A stretch of 22,753 nt of DNA from assembly GCA_018985225.1 (NCBI GenBank), contig JADGIF010000079.1:1-22753 (forward strand), written 5' to 3'. This stretch comes from Amoeboradix gromovi X-113. Taxonomy: Eukaryota; Fungi; Sanchytriomycota. This document shows positions 9,951 to 19,956 of this stretch, piece by piece. The stretch's first letter is position 1; every line of letters begins with the position of its first letter. A model generated the notes under the pieces. The model was not told where the DNA came from. It searched no databases and was given only the letters and a program-made list of their open reading frames with translations. Both the position numbers and the translations under genes were made by a program.

Positions 9951-12900
9951 ATGGAAAACGAGCAACCAAGAGTTAGGAAGTACGGTGGAGTGCGTGAAGC
10001 TGCTGCATTAGAATCTAAGCCAGATGAATCTACTCAGCATGTAAACTTATACACAAATATTAGAGATTCACCTCCAAATCGCGATAACAATAATCAGTCT
10101 GAAAATGCCGAAGTTAAGCCAAGGCGTTTATACGGTACTGCTAGGGGAGATGCTGCCCTGCCTCTAGAAGGGCCCACGGATCCGGAGGAGGAACCGGAGG
10201 AACAGGAAGCCGTGATCGAAGAAGTGACTGAACAAACTGCTATGGACTACTTTGCTGGTAATAAAATTGACAAGGGAAAAATGACCTCAACTTCCGAAAA
10301 GAAGGATGTCAAAGTCAAATTTGGTAAGTCTGCAAAACCTGTGAAGTTGAAAAAGAAGCTGACAGCAGAAGAAACAATGATTGGTCATCTAACATTTAGA
10401 AGAAAGGCGTGGATGTTCTTTGTAGCTATTATGACTTGCTGGATTCCTGAAAGATGTGTGAAAATCAGAATAGATTCACCTGAGAAGCGTACAGCCTGGC
10501 GTGAAAAGGTTACACTTTGTTTGTTGATGTTGTGTTTTTGTATTGGTGGCATTTTTACTCTGGAAATTAAGAGATTCATTAGCTGTGTCGATGGGGATCC
10601 TAAATTAAACATCATAAATCCCATTCACAAAAACGTCGTCTCCCAAATTGGTAACACTCAAGTTTTACTTAACGGCCAAGTATTCAATGCTGATCCTAGC
10701 AGTAAACTGGGCGCATATGTGTCAAAGTATGCTGGTGTTGATGCATCCAAACTGTTCCCTCGTGTTTTTAAGGGTACGTACGATCAGGATCTACAAAGTT
10801 GTATAAATGATACTATAATTGACAGGGTCAGTAATTACTACCAGTATCTCCAGGCATATACTTCAAAGCGTAAGTATAACTTAACTTTTGATAACCCGTC
10901 TAACAGTTATATCAATTGTATGGATCCGAATGGTGCATACACAAAATGTAGATATGGCCCAGACATCGAATCGGATCTGAGTGAGAATTTGGTGGGCTCC
11001 ATTTTGCTGGACAAGGAAAAACTTATGAATGAAACAGATCGTAAATGGTTTATTATTGGAAACACCGCATATGACGCAACGGAATATGTCAATGGCATTT
11101 CAGAATTTGACTGGAATGATCCATTGCGTCAACCACCCGGTAGCGCTTTAGATGTTTATAGTAGAAGGTTCTTTTTAAATGATGATATCACTATATTTAT
11201 AATGAACAATTTTTATACAGATGCCACCGCTAATTTTGTTAATTTGAATGGCAGTCCAGCTATCCAAAAATGCTTTGATAAGCTTTTCCTGTACGGATAT
11301 GTGGAACCTCAAAATAGATTTGCTTGCTGGGTTTTAAACATTCCATTTTATGGCATGTCAGTTATTGTTTTATGGATATTGTACTTCAGGTTGATAACTG
11401 CGTTGTTATGGTATATTATTACACCTCGTGGCTACAGGAAAGACGCGTATGTGATATGCTTTATTCCATGTTACACTGAAGGTCCATCTATGGCTGTTAC
11501 ACTGGAAACGCTAGCTGCAGCTGATTATGAGGATGAAAAGAAGCTGCTGATGGTTGTTTGCGATGGCAACATTACAGGTAAAGGTAATTCCAAGCCAACC
11601 CCAGAGGTAGCACTAGATTTGCTTGGGTGGAAAGGTGAGCAGCCCAAGGCAAGAGCTTACTTGGCTTTAGGCAAGGCAGATGCAAAGGTTAACATGGCAA
11701 AAGTTTACAGTGGGTTCTATGAATTTCAAGGACATACCGTGCCATTCATGGTGATAGCTAAGGTCGGCAAACCGAGTGAAGCATCCGCAAGCAAACCCGG
11801 TAATAGAGGCAAGAGAGATTCGCAATTGATTTTAATGAACTTTTACAACAAGTTGACTTACAAAGGTAGAAAAATGTTTCCCTTGGAGTACGAGATATAT
11901 TTTCATATTAAAAACGTAATCAAAGTAGACCCGCTAGAGTACGAGTATTGTTTAATGGTGGATGCAGACACCAAAGTAGATGAGGGCAGTCTTAAGTATC
12001 TGATCGGACCTTTAATTGAAAATCCGATGATTATAGCCGCTTGTGGTGAGACCCAAGTGAGTAACAAATATGCATCCTACACCTCAATGATTCAAATATA
12101 TGAGTACTGGATTAACCATCATTACGGTAAATGTTTTGAATCATTCTTTGGCAAAGTGACATGTTTACCTGGTTGTTTCTGTATATACAGAATGAGGTAT
12201 CCTAGAGGTGAACCGTTCTTGTGCTGCGATAACATAATCAAGGACTACAGCATAAATAGAACAATGACATTGCACACCAAGAATTTACTACATTTGGGAG
12301 AAGACAGGTATTTAACAACACTGATCCTCAAGCATTTTCCTACAAAAAGATTGGTGTTTTTACCCATGGCAATGTGCTCTACTGATATTCCTGACAAGTT
12401 TGAGGTTTTAAAATCTCAAAGACGTAGATGGATAAATTCTACTTTCCATAATCAATATGTTCTGTTTAACATTCCTAAGATATGCGGCAGATGGTGCTGT
12501 GATATGAAGCTACTAGTCATGTATGAACTATCATCATTTCTAGTTATGCCAGCTGCTACGCTATATTTGTACAGTTTAGTAGTTCGGGGTCTACTTCAAG
12601 GTAATAATAGTTAATTTAGCCGGTGACTACACCATTACTTTAGCAGGACTAGCTGTACTATACGGAATACACATGGTGATCATATTTGTACAAAAAAGAC
12701 CGTCGTACTTGTTATGGCTCTTTATTTATACAATTTGCAGTTATCCTATACATGGGTTATACTTGCCAATGTACAGTTTCTGGCACTTTGATGATTTTAG
12801 TTGGGGAAATACTCGACAAGTAAGTGCTAAACAAATAAAAGCAGAAAATGATCAGGAAAATGAAGAAATATTAAGGAGACTACCGCAAGGATTCATATCC

Positions 12901-13023
12901 GATTATCAGCAACAAGACGGAAGACTAGATGTCGATGAGGATGAAGACTGGAGTATGTTGAAGAAAAACGCTTATAACAGTACAGAAAATTTAAAAGGAA
13001 CCAACAAGTATAATGGAGAATAA
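9951..13023 (+). CDS. CHS: Chitin synthase, division 2 (no myosin motor), join(9951..12600,12620..13023), 1017 aa
   Basis: Motifs AWREKVTLC, cytochrome b5-like region, CYTE, PGNRGKRDSQ, DADT, CLPGCF, LGEDRYLT, SQRRRWINST and FDDFSWGNTR. Confidence 0.96.
12601..12619 (+). other. 19-nt GT-AG spliceosomal intron
   Basis: GTAATAATAGTTAATTTAG. Removal gives G|CC (Ala) and restores the frame into the conserved WGNTR exon. Confidence 0.88.
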
Positions 13024-13052
13024 CGAATAAAATAATTTAATAACATTCAAAA

Positions 13053-13517
13053 GGTTGCATATTATAAATTTCACTGGATAAACCATTTATCGTACTATGC
13101 GAATTTTATTGCTCAAATGGTTCTTGATATAAATCCCCAATCAAAAAGTATGCTCAGTATTTCTCGTCCACCGAAACGACTTGATATAATTTGCAGCTAG
13201 AATATTTCGAGCTCCAAGGTATCAGTGGATATCGAACAAACTTTCTAGGCTCACTAACTGGTCTAAAAACGAAACTATAGTCCACAAAAAGGGAAGAGAT
13301 CCAGAAGGAATGGAATTCAGTGGAATTCTAGAAGACGCACAATGCAAAAACGGCGTTTATAAGTAGATGGAGACTATGCGGTTGAAGCATTTGCATCCAT
13401 GTCTAATCACGCCTTGGTGATACAGTGGTATCAGTTACTTGCGTAACGAATCGACTGAAATTCTAGAAAGAAAGACTTCTAATTAGAATTTCTGCGCTTG
13501 TTTCAATCTTTTTTCAT
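13053..13517 (+). pseudogene. Degraded Fanzor-like relic G with structured 3' module
   Basis: 13075-13092 matches 14650-14667 at 16/18. Fragments KLSRLTNWS, CKN and VDGDYA (13363-13380). Three perfect hairpins (13418-13433, 13434-13447, 13457-13492) and terminal TGTTTCAATCTTTTTTCA similar to the F end. Confidence 0.45.
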
Positions 13518-13518
13518 C

Positions 13519-14556
13519 CTAGATTAGCGCTGTGTCCCTTTTATACTTGCTATTCATGGCAGATTGGGTGTTGACGGATGTGAATGTGTTTAATGTGCCC
13601 AAGCTATTCTTTCTGCTGAATCTAGATTTTACAGTTGGAATTTTAAAAACCATTGAGGCAATTTTTACCAGAACACATAGTCCAGCGAATCCCGCAAACA
13701 GAAGGTAAACTAGTAGAGGGCTGGAAGAGGAAGTATCCGGAGCATCATCTGACGGGGCTATTTCTGATATATACAAGGACAGAGATGACCTGGCTTTACT
13801 TACCGTGACGCTATATACATATTTAGAACTTAGTCTAAATGCTGATTTTGAAATTGTTGTGCTCTTTAAAAACGTTCTAGTATTGGGTAGAATAAGGGGA
13901 CTATACAAAAATGAATGAACACAATCCGTTAGCAATGCAATCCTAGGGTTACCAAGCAGGGGATTGCTTGATAGGTCACAAACAATCAGGCTAGAAGTGT
14001 TATGAATGACAACATCAGTTATCAAGTTGTAATTTATACGTAACTCCTTCGGTTCATTCAACACAACTGTTCCTGAAAATTGATTGCCTCGTATACCTTG
14101 GTTACCCAAAGTCAATACTTCCAGATTTTTTGGTAGTTCTGGAACATCTCCAACCATTTCATTTCCAGTGAGCTGTAATTGGGTTAAATTTTGGGGTAAG
14201 TTGCTGGGAATAGAACCGTTGAATGAGTTTCCGTACAAATTCAAGAACCTCAATGTAGATGGTAAATCGTCTGGTATATGTCCTGTAATCTTGTTATTAG
14301 ATAAATCCAGTAATATCAAAGATTTGGGTAGAGCGATCCCATTTAAAACGCCTTGCAAGTTACCAAATCTAACCGAATTCCATTTAATCTCCGTTATGGT
14401 GTTGTTTTTACAAGTTACATATGGGCTACAACAATCATTTACAATTGCTTGGTACTCGTGAGGGTATGCGCTCTCCATCCCCAATCCACTTGCTAAGTTT
14501 ATCACGTTGGAGCAATCATCTGACGTAGTGTAGCTTTGTGTTAGAAAAACAATCAT
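13519..14556 (-). CDS. Leucine-rich-repeat receptor-like membrane protein
   Basis: Cys cap DCC..VTC..ITEIKW, plant-type repeats LxxLxLxxNxxxGxIP, TM LLVYLLFAGFAGLCVLVKIASMVF and a short cytoplasmic tail. Confidence 0.88.
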   Translation of the reverse strand: MIVFLTQSYTTSDDCSNVINLASGLGMESAYPHEYQAIVNDCCSPYVTCKNNTITEIKWNSVRFGNLQGVLNGIALPKSLILLDLSNNKITGHIPDDLPSTLRFLNLYGNSFNGSIPSNLPQNLTQLQLTGNEMVGDVPELPKNLEVLTLGNQGIRGNQFSGTVVLNEPKELRINYNLITDVVIHNTSSLIVCDLSSNPLLGNPRIALLTDCVHSFLYSPLILPNTRTFLKSTTISKSAFRLSSKYVYSVTVSKARSSLSLYISEIAPSDDAPDTSSSSPLLVYLLFAGFAGLCVLVKIASMVFKIPTVKSRFSRKNSLGTLNTFTSVNTQSAMNSKYKRDTALI

Positions 14557-14627
14557 AATCGGCTAGAAACCATTAAGTTGTTTTTATACGCGTCGCATTG
14601 TTTTGATTGGTTAATACGTTGATAATA

Positions 14628-15226
14628 GTGTGCAGCTCGATTGTTTTCTTGAATAAATCATTTATCGCGAATTTGTATATATTTTTGTATCATTTCAAGA
14701 CTTTTCCAGATTTTTCTAATAGCTTAACTACTCGATATTCTTCCTATTCGCAAGTGGTAAATGGAATCTAAAGAAATAACTAGCAGGTGCAGCATACATT
14801 CATCAACACTGATAAGCTGGTCCAAACACGGAATTCGAGGCCATGTACAATATGTGGCACTCTAAAGAAAACCAATTTGGAGAGCTGTTCATGAACATAG
14901 TGTCATTTGGAAGTGGACATGGACCACATGGCACCAAGGAACAAATTCGATGCCATGTACGAGGTATGGTACTTTAAAGAAAACCAATTTAGAAACCTGA
15001 ACCTGTACAAAGTGTCATTTGAAGATAGATAGAGACCATATGGCAGCAGGGAGCATATACGAGTATCTGCACCCTTATTCAGTCCCACCACAGGGTAGTG
15101 CAAGCGTGAGCGATCCTTGTAACGGAGAAACTAGTATTAGTTTCTCTGTGGAAATTCTCGATTTTCTCGGAAATCAGGAATTTTAACGAGGAGTACAACT
15201 TTGACCATGTTAATCTAATATTGCAG
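14628..15226 (+). pseudogene. Fanzor/TnpB-like relic A+B with two tandem Zn-finger/RuvC-III units
   Basis: A (14832-14942): NSRPCTICGTLKKTNLESCS*T*CHLEVDMDHMAPRN. B (14944-15060): NSMPCTRYGTLKKTNLET*TCTKCHLKIDRDHMAAGSIY. Both fit the TnpB/Fanzor signature TSxxCxxCG...CxxC..xxDRDxxAAxNI. Confidence 0.85.
15069..15226 (+). ncRNA. Candidate omega-RNA (copy B)
   Basis: Lies immediately 3' of DRD. Stems at 15071-75/15092-96, 15125-33/15138-46, 15152-15183 and 15207-12/15216-21. Homologous to copies C, D and F. Confidence 0.7.
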
Positions 15227-15473
15227 ACATTGTAACTCTTTCTGGAGACCCTGAACTCAATTTCTAGTAGAGACAGATTAAGCTACAAAATTTTCTCTCT
15301 ATCATTATTTTTTACGTTCGCAGCCAGCTATGTTCGTCACCTTTGAGAAAGATGAATTGGTCACGTAGCTCAGTAGGATCCTTCTTATCTGCTAACTAGT
15401 ATGAAATAATTTCTTTTATCATTCGAAAAGTGTCTTGGTGAATACTTGTTCTAGTTTTCATATTTGGTGTTTT
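15226..15473 (+). mobile_element. Degraded MITE copy between relics B and C
   Basis: 15233 onward resembles 1693 onward (TAACTCT..GAGAC..TGAA). 15337-15363 resembles 1803-1829. 15450-15470 matches the right TIR at 20/21. Confidence 0.6.
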
Positions 15474-15494
15474 ATATGTTTAGGAGGGTTATTT

Positions 15495-16004
15495 TGCGAG
15501 GAACGGAAGAGCCGCGAGCATCAAGAAAGAGTGGAGAATTTTTCTATACCCGCAATGATACACAACATAAGCTTCTTTAATATTTGCAAAACAATATTTA
15601 TTTCCAGAATGAGTTACAAAGCATGTCCCGAAATCAGCAAAGACACAATATGTCATATGTAAATACCTAATTAGAAACTTGTCTAAAGATTAAATTATCG
15701 ACCAACGAAAGGGGAAAGAGAACTGTTGAATGGCATAAACCGTAAAATAGTTAAATGAGTACAAGGTGTCGTACTCTGAGGAAAACCGATTTAGAGTTAT
15801 GTGTGTAGAAACTGTCATTTAATTTTGGATAGAGGCCACATGGTCACATAGACGGATGCGTATTCAATCTCAGCTCGGCATATTGGAAGCGTGAGGAATT
15901 GCTGTAACTGAGCGACAATTATTGCTAGTTTTCCATTCAAACCTCTTGATCTTTAGAAATCCAGGACTTTCAAGGAGACTACATATGGTAAATTAACCAT
16001 TGCA
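15495..16004 (+). pseudogene. Fanzor/TnpB-like relic C
   Basis: ERKSREHQERVEN..IHNISFF..KTIFISRM..ISKDT resembles the bridge helix/RuvC-II region. 15758-15851 gives STRCRTLRKTDLEL, a frameshift, then VCRNCHLILDRGHM, homologous to A and B. Confidence 0.8.
15854..16004 (+). ncRNA. Candidate omega-RNA (copy C)
   Basis: Colinear with B (TATTCA..AAGCGTGAG..TGTAAC.GAG..GAAATC.AGGA..ATTGCA). Stems ATGC/GCAT (15856-59/15878-81) and ATGGT/ACCAT (15985-89/15996-16000). Confidence 0.65.
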
Positions 16005-16012
16005 TATCAATA

Positions 16013-18265
16013 CTAAAACATCTTTGGCAAATCAGTAAACCCCTGTTCCCTACACTTCCAATAGTCGTTGTCAAACTTGTAGTATTCTATACCGGCTATT
16101 GAATGCACGTCCTTAGTAAACCATCTCGGTCCTAGATCGCTTTTCTTTTTTTTTTCTATTTCTTTCAACAACTTTTCTGCCAGCACGTAATCTCCATTTT
16201 CCATGGCTCTTAAGTCTTGTCTTAGCCGCGTGTCAGTTGGTGGCAGATATTCTTGCAGAGCATCTGTTATTTCATTCAGTTGTATCATAAATTTTGTGAA
16301 ATAGAAGTAGGCTGGCACCCTTTCTGCCATAGATGTGCAGTGCCACAATACTGTGCTTCTGTCTTCTACATCTATATTATCATGCATGCTGTTCATGTGG
16401 AATGTATTTGGTTCCTTATCTATTCGTTTGCAGGTGATGTGGTCATTCCAGTATCCACTTATATGCCACTTGTCCTCTATGCTGCCCTTGATCTTATATT
16501 GATTTTTCCTGAGCCAGTTAGCAGGTGTAAACTCTACAGTACTGCTTAACTTACTGCTTTGACAAGTTACGGTTAAAACACCAAAATGGTCAATCCATTT
16601 ACTACCTGTAAATATACCGTTACACAGCGCTTTAACAGGTTGCCATGTATAGACTTCTTGCTTGTTATCTACCATCAAAGTCACAATGGCATGTCCCAGG
16701 GGTGTTACGCTGATATGACTACCGTGGAAATGGGTTTTAACATTACTGGTCAAGTGCATGTTCCATGATTTGGATTCAAAATAGCAGGCAGATATGGAGG
16801 GTATTCTCGATTGCTGCTCGCATAATCCTATAAATCCCAAGTCAGGTCTACTAATCTCAAATGTTTCTCCCACCAATGGATCAAATGGTTTATTAGCTCT
16901 ATTGATTCCAGCAGAGTAGGAAGAGCAAGCAAACGCAGTAACTAATAATAGTCTCTCATATGGGTCTTCTTTAGCAACTGCCAAATCAAGCAAGTAAGAA
17001 TACTCCAGCATTTCACAATTACGATGCAGTAATGAACTGGGTTCACAAAAGCTAATTGGCAATTGTAAATGAAGGAGATCTTGACCAATAGCATCCTTAA
17101 GAAATCCGAACACATTAATGTTGGATTTAATTAATGTATGGTCAACTGGCAGCGTTTGTCGCCTTGATGTAGGATAACCAGGTACTGCCATAGAATTCAA
17201 GTTTATTCTCTCTATAGCATCAAAGAACTCATCATCTTCGCTTTCTTCCAATGCATCAATGGTGTATGAATTGTTGGGTTTTAACGTTTTCATGATTGTT
17301 GCATCCTTCTTCATGAATAACTCATCTAATGTAGATATGTGTTGCCTTATTTTCGCTATGCTTAGGTTAAGCACAGGCAAAGGCTCATTTACTTGCAAAT
17401 TTGAGTGCAGCAACTCCAATTCGCTTTTCATATTGTCCCTACAATCGTATATCTTACTATCTAATGAATCCAAAGCGCCAACAGATAGCAATGAGGTAGA
17501 TCTAGATAGTTTAGATTGTTTTCTATGTTCCAATACTTGTTTCCACTCAAATGCCTCTAGTTCTGTGTTTGCAGTCAACTTCCATCTAAAGTATGGGGTG
17601 CACAAATGGAATTCTTTATTGGACTTACTAATTATAGATAGCTCATCAATAGTCAGTATACCACGACAACTGGAAGACTCTTGAGTTAACGGATCATGGG
17701 TATAACAGGATAGAACTCCATCAGCATTGAGTTCGAAAAAACGCTTCTTTGCCTTGATACCCTTGCCTTTAATTAGATAGCCGCGTTTGATGTTGTGGAA
17801 CTCAGATGAAGGAGCGACTAGGTACGGTTTTAGTATTTTGGACATTTCATCATTTAGTTCCAAATCCTTAATAGAAGTATTAAAGTTGTTTCTGATAGAG
17901 ACATCTATAAAAGGAATCAATAAAGCAAGCATATCATGATTCTTGTTAATGATGCATTGATGGAGCATAGATTGGCCAGTTTGGTTGTTAATGCTATTCC
18001 AATTTACATACTTGGAAAGCGGGTGTTTAGAGTAAGGAATCACATTCTGGATATCGTTGGATAAAACCAAACCATGGCATTGCCGGGTGCAGCTGTCTGT
18101 TTGTCTTTTGATATAGCTATTCAAGATTTTAAGAATAGAAGGCGAAGCCAATTCGAAAACAGTAAACCCGTCCTCGTTATTCTGCCACAAATCCAGTACG
18201 TTGGAATCTAACAACTGTAGCAACTCTACGTCTTTGTTTCCTAAAACAAGATCATGCAGTTTCAT
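16013..18265 (-). CDS. Long oxysterol-binding protein homologue (ankyrin-PH-FFAT-ORD; Osh1/Osh2-like)
   Basis: Ankyrin-like N-terminus, PH domain (KRGYLIK..KKRFFEL..EWKQVL), FFAT EDDEFFDAIE, and ORD motifs LPISFCEPSSLL, KPFDPLVGETFE and LPPTDTRLRQD. Confidence 0.92.
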   Translation of the reverse strand: MKLHDLVLGNKDVELLQLLDSNVLDLWQNNEDGFTVFELASPSILKILNSYIKRQTDSCTRQCHGLVLSNDIQNVIPYSKHPLSKYVNWNSINNQTGQSMLHQCIINKNHDMLALLIPFIDVSIRNNFNTSIKDLELNDEMSKILKPYLVAPSSEFHNIKRGYLIKGKGIKAKKRFFELNADGVLSCYTHDPLTQESSSCRGILTIDELSIISKSNKEFHLCTPYFRWKLTANTELEAFEWKQVLEHRKQSKLSRSTSLLSVGALDSLDSKIYDCRDNMKSELELLHSNLQVNEPLPVLNLSIAKIRQHISTLDELFMKKDATIMKTLKPNNSYTIDALEESEDDEFFDAIERINLNSMAVPGYPTSRRQTLPVDHTLIKSNINVFGFLKDAIGQDLLHLQLPISFCEPSSLLHRNCEMLEYSYLLDLAVAKEDPYERLLLVTAFACSSYSAGINRANKPFDPLVGETFEISRPDLGFIGLCEQQSRIPSISACYFESKSWNMHLTSNVKTHFHGSHISVTPLGHAIVTLMVDNKQEVYTWQPVKALCNGIFTGSKWIDHFGVLTVTCQSSKLSSTVEFTPANWLRKNQYKIKGSIEDKWHISGYWNDHITCKRIDKEPNTFHMNSMHDNIDVEDRSTVLWHCTSMAERVPAYFYFTKFMIQLNEITDALQEYLPPTDTRLRQDLRAMENGDYVLAEKLLKEIEKKKKSDLGPRWFTKDVHSIAGIEYYKFDNDYWKCREQGFTDLPKMF

Positions 18266-18318
18266 AATGACAAGTTTTGGATTTCTGGAATTTGATTTTT
18301 ATGAGGGGACACTCCTCG

Positions 18319-19947
18319 ATGCATTTACTACTAGAAAGTGCCAGTGGATATGCGTTACTTGACTGCAAGCAAGATAAAGTCAAGACTAATGATTTACAAG
18401 TGTTTGGAAAAAATGTCAAGTTGGTAGCTTTCCAACCATTTACATCAGGTCAAGAAGCATTGAGCGCAATTCAGTCAATTTCAGATCATAAATTACCTGC
18501 CAGTTTGAAGAACTTTTTATCTTTGCATTTAGCAAAAGATACAATGTTAGGGTGTGAAAAGAATATGGCCGGGTTACTGAGTTCTGATTTTAAATGCAAT
18601 CATGATGATCATACATTTCAATTGCTCAGATCATCTCGCCATCTCCTACCAAAGTTTTTAAGCTCTCATGTTGAAACCGGTGACATCGAAAAGGCGCAAC
18701 TAGGCTTAGGCCATGCTTTTAGTAGATCTAAAGTCCAATTCAATGTTAATAAAGTTGACAACATGATTATTCAGTCTATTGCTCTATTAGACCAGTTGGA
18801 TAAAGATATCAACACATTTGCTATGAGAGCAAGAGAGTGGTATTCATGGGGATTCCCGGAGCTGGCAAACATAATGAAAGACCATTTGACATATGCTAAA
18901 CTGCTGTTAATCATTCAAGATAAAACCGACATTACTGATGAAAAGATTAAAGCAATCAAGGATTTAGTCATGGATGATGTTTTGGAAACTCAAATTGTAA
19001 AAGCTGCTAACTCTTCAATGGGACAGGATTTAAGTGTTGCAGACATAACATCTATTTGTGCTTTTGCGAAAAAGGTTGTTGACTTATTTGTTTATCGTGC
19101 TGAGCTATCTGCCTATCTTACCGAGAGAATGCATGGTGTTGCCCCAAATCTCAGTGCACTTATTGGTGAGTTGGTTGGTGCCCGGCTAATTGCACATGCA
19201 GGCTCATTAACTAACCTGTCTAAATGTCCAGCAAGTACTGTTCAGATTCTGGGGGCTGAAAAAGCATTGTTTAGGGCTTTAAAGAAGAAAGGAAACACTC
19301 CAAAATTTGGCTTGTTGTATCACTCAACTTTTATTGGTAGAGCTCAAGCACAGTTTAAAGGAAGAGTTAGCAGATTTTTAGCTAACAAATGTACCATAGC
19401 GTCTAGAATAGATTGCTTCTCAGAAGCGGAACAGGTTTCTGATGTATTTGGAAGAGCGATGAAGGAGCAGGTTGAAGAAAGATTGAACAATCTAAATGAC
19501 GGCAGAGACCCTGTGAAAAATGAGGACGTTATGATCAGAGCAAACAAGATTATGAAAAAGGAAGGAATCGTATTGAATAATAATTCAGAGGCAAAACCTG
19601 ATGTTATGGACATTGACGAAGCACCAAAAGCCAGCAAAAAAAGCAAGAAGAAGAGCAAGAAATCACTTGAGCCTGTTGTTGACGCACCAATAGCTAGAGT
19701 GGAAAAAGTAATTGCAAGTGAACCTTTAGAGACCCATGTAAAGAAGTCTAAAAAGAAGAAGTCCAAAGCAACAGTCAAGGCGGAAGATGTCGTTTTGGAA
19801 ACAGAACCAAAATTGGAGCAGAAACTAAAGGAATCTGATAAAATCGATGAAGTAGCTGTTTCTTCTAAAAAGAGAAAAGCGACGGAAGAAGCTGATGAAC
19901 CAGCTAAAAAGAAGAAGAAGAATAAAAAGTCGAAGACTGCCAAATAA
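18319..19947 (+). CDS. NOP56: Nucleolar protein 56 (box C/D snoRNP)
   Basis: QLGLGHAFSRSKV, IALLDQLDKDINTFAMR, PASTVQILGAEKALFRAL, RFLANKCTIASRIDCFS and a Lys-rich tail. Likely start is ATG 18319 (alternative 18301). Confidence 0.95.
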   Translation: MHLLLESASGYALLDCKQDKVKTNDLQVFGKNVKLVAFQPFTSGQEALSAIQSISDHKLPASLKNFLSLHLAKDTMLGCEKNMAGLLSSDFKCNHDDHTFQLLRSSRHLLPKFLSSHVETGDIEKAQLGLGHAFSRSKVQFNVNKVDNMIIQSIALLDQLDKDINTFAMRAREWYSWGFPELANIMKDHLTYAKLLLIIQDKTDITDEKIKAIKDLVMDDVLETQIVKAANSSMGQDLSVADITSICAFAKKVVDLFVYRAELSAYLTERMHGVAPNLSALIGELVGARLIAHAGSLTNLSKCPASTVQILGAEKALFRALKKKGNTPKFGLLYHSTFIGRAQAQFKGRVSRFLANKCTIASRIDCFSEAEQVSDVFGRAMKEQVEERLNNLNDGRDPVKNEDVMIRANKIMKKEGIVLNNNSEAKPDVMDIDEAPKASKKSKKKSKKSLEPVVDAPIARVEKVIASEPLETHVKKSKKKKSKATVKAEDVVLETEPKLEQKLKESDKIDEVAVSSKKRKATEEADEPAKKKKKNKKSKTAK

Positions 19948-19956
19948 AAACTTATT

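Noticed and set aside
14832-15060. 112-bp tandem repeat as a CRISPR-like or satellite array
   Set aside because: Only two units, no repeat-spacer structure, and it translates to a TnpB/Fanzor C-terminal motif.
14903-15103. Minus-strand 66-aa ORF
   Set aside because: Antisense to Fanzor relic A/B, non-ATG start, no recognisable motif.
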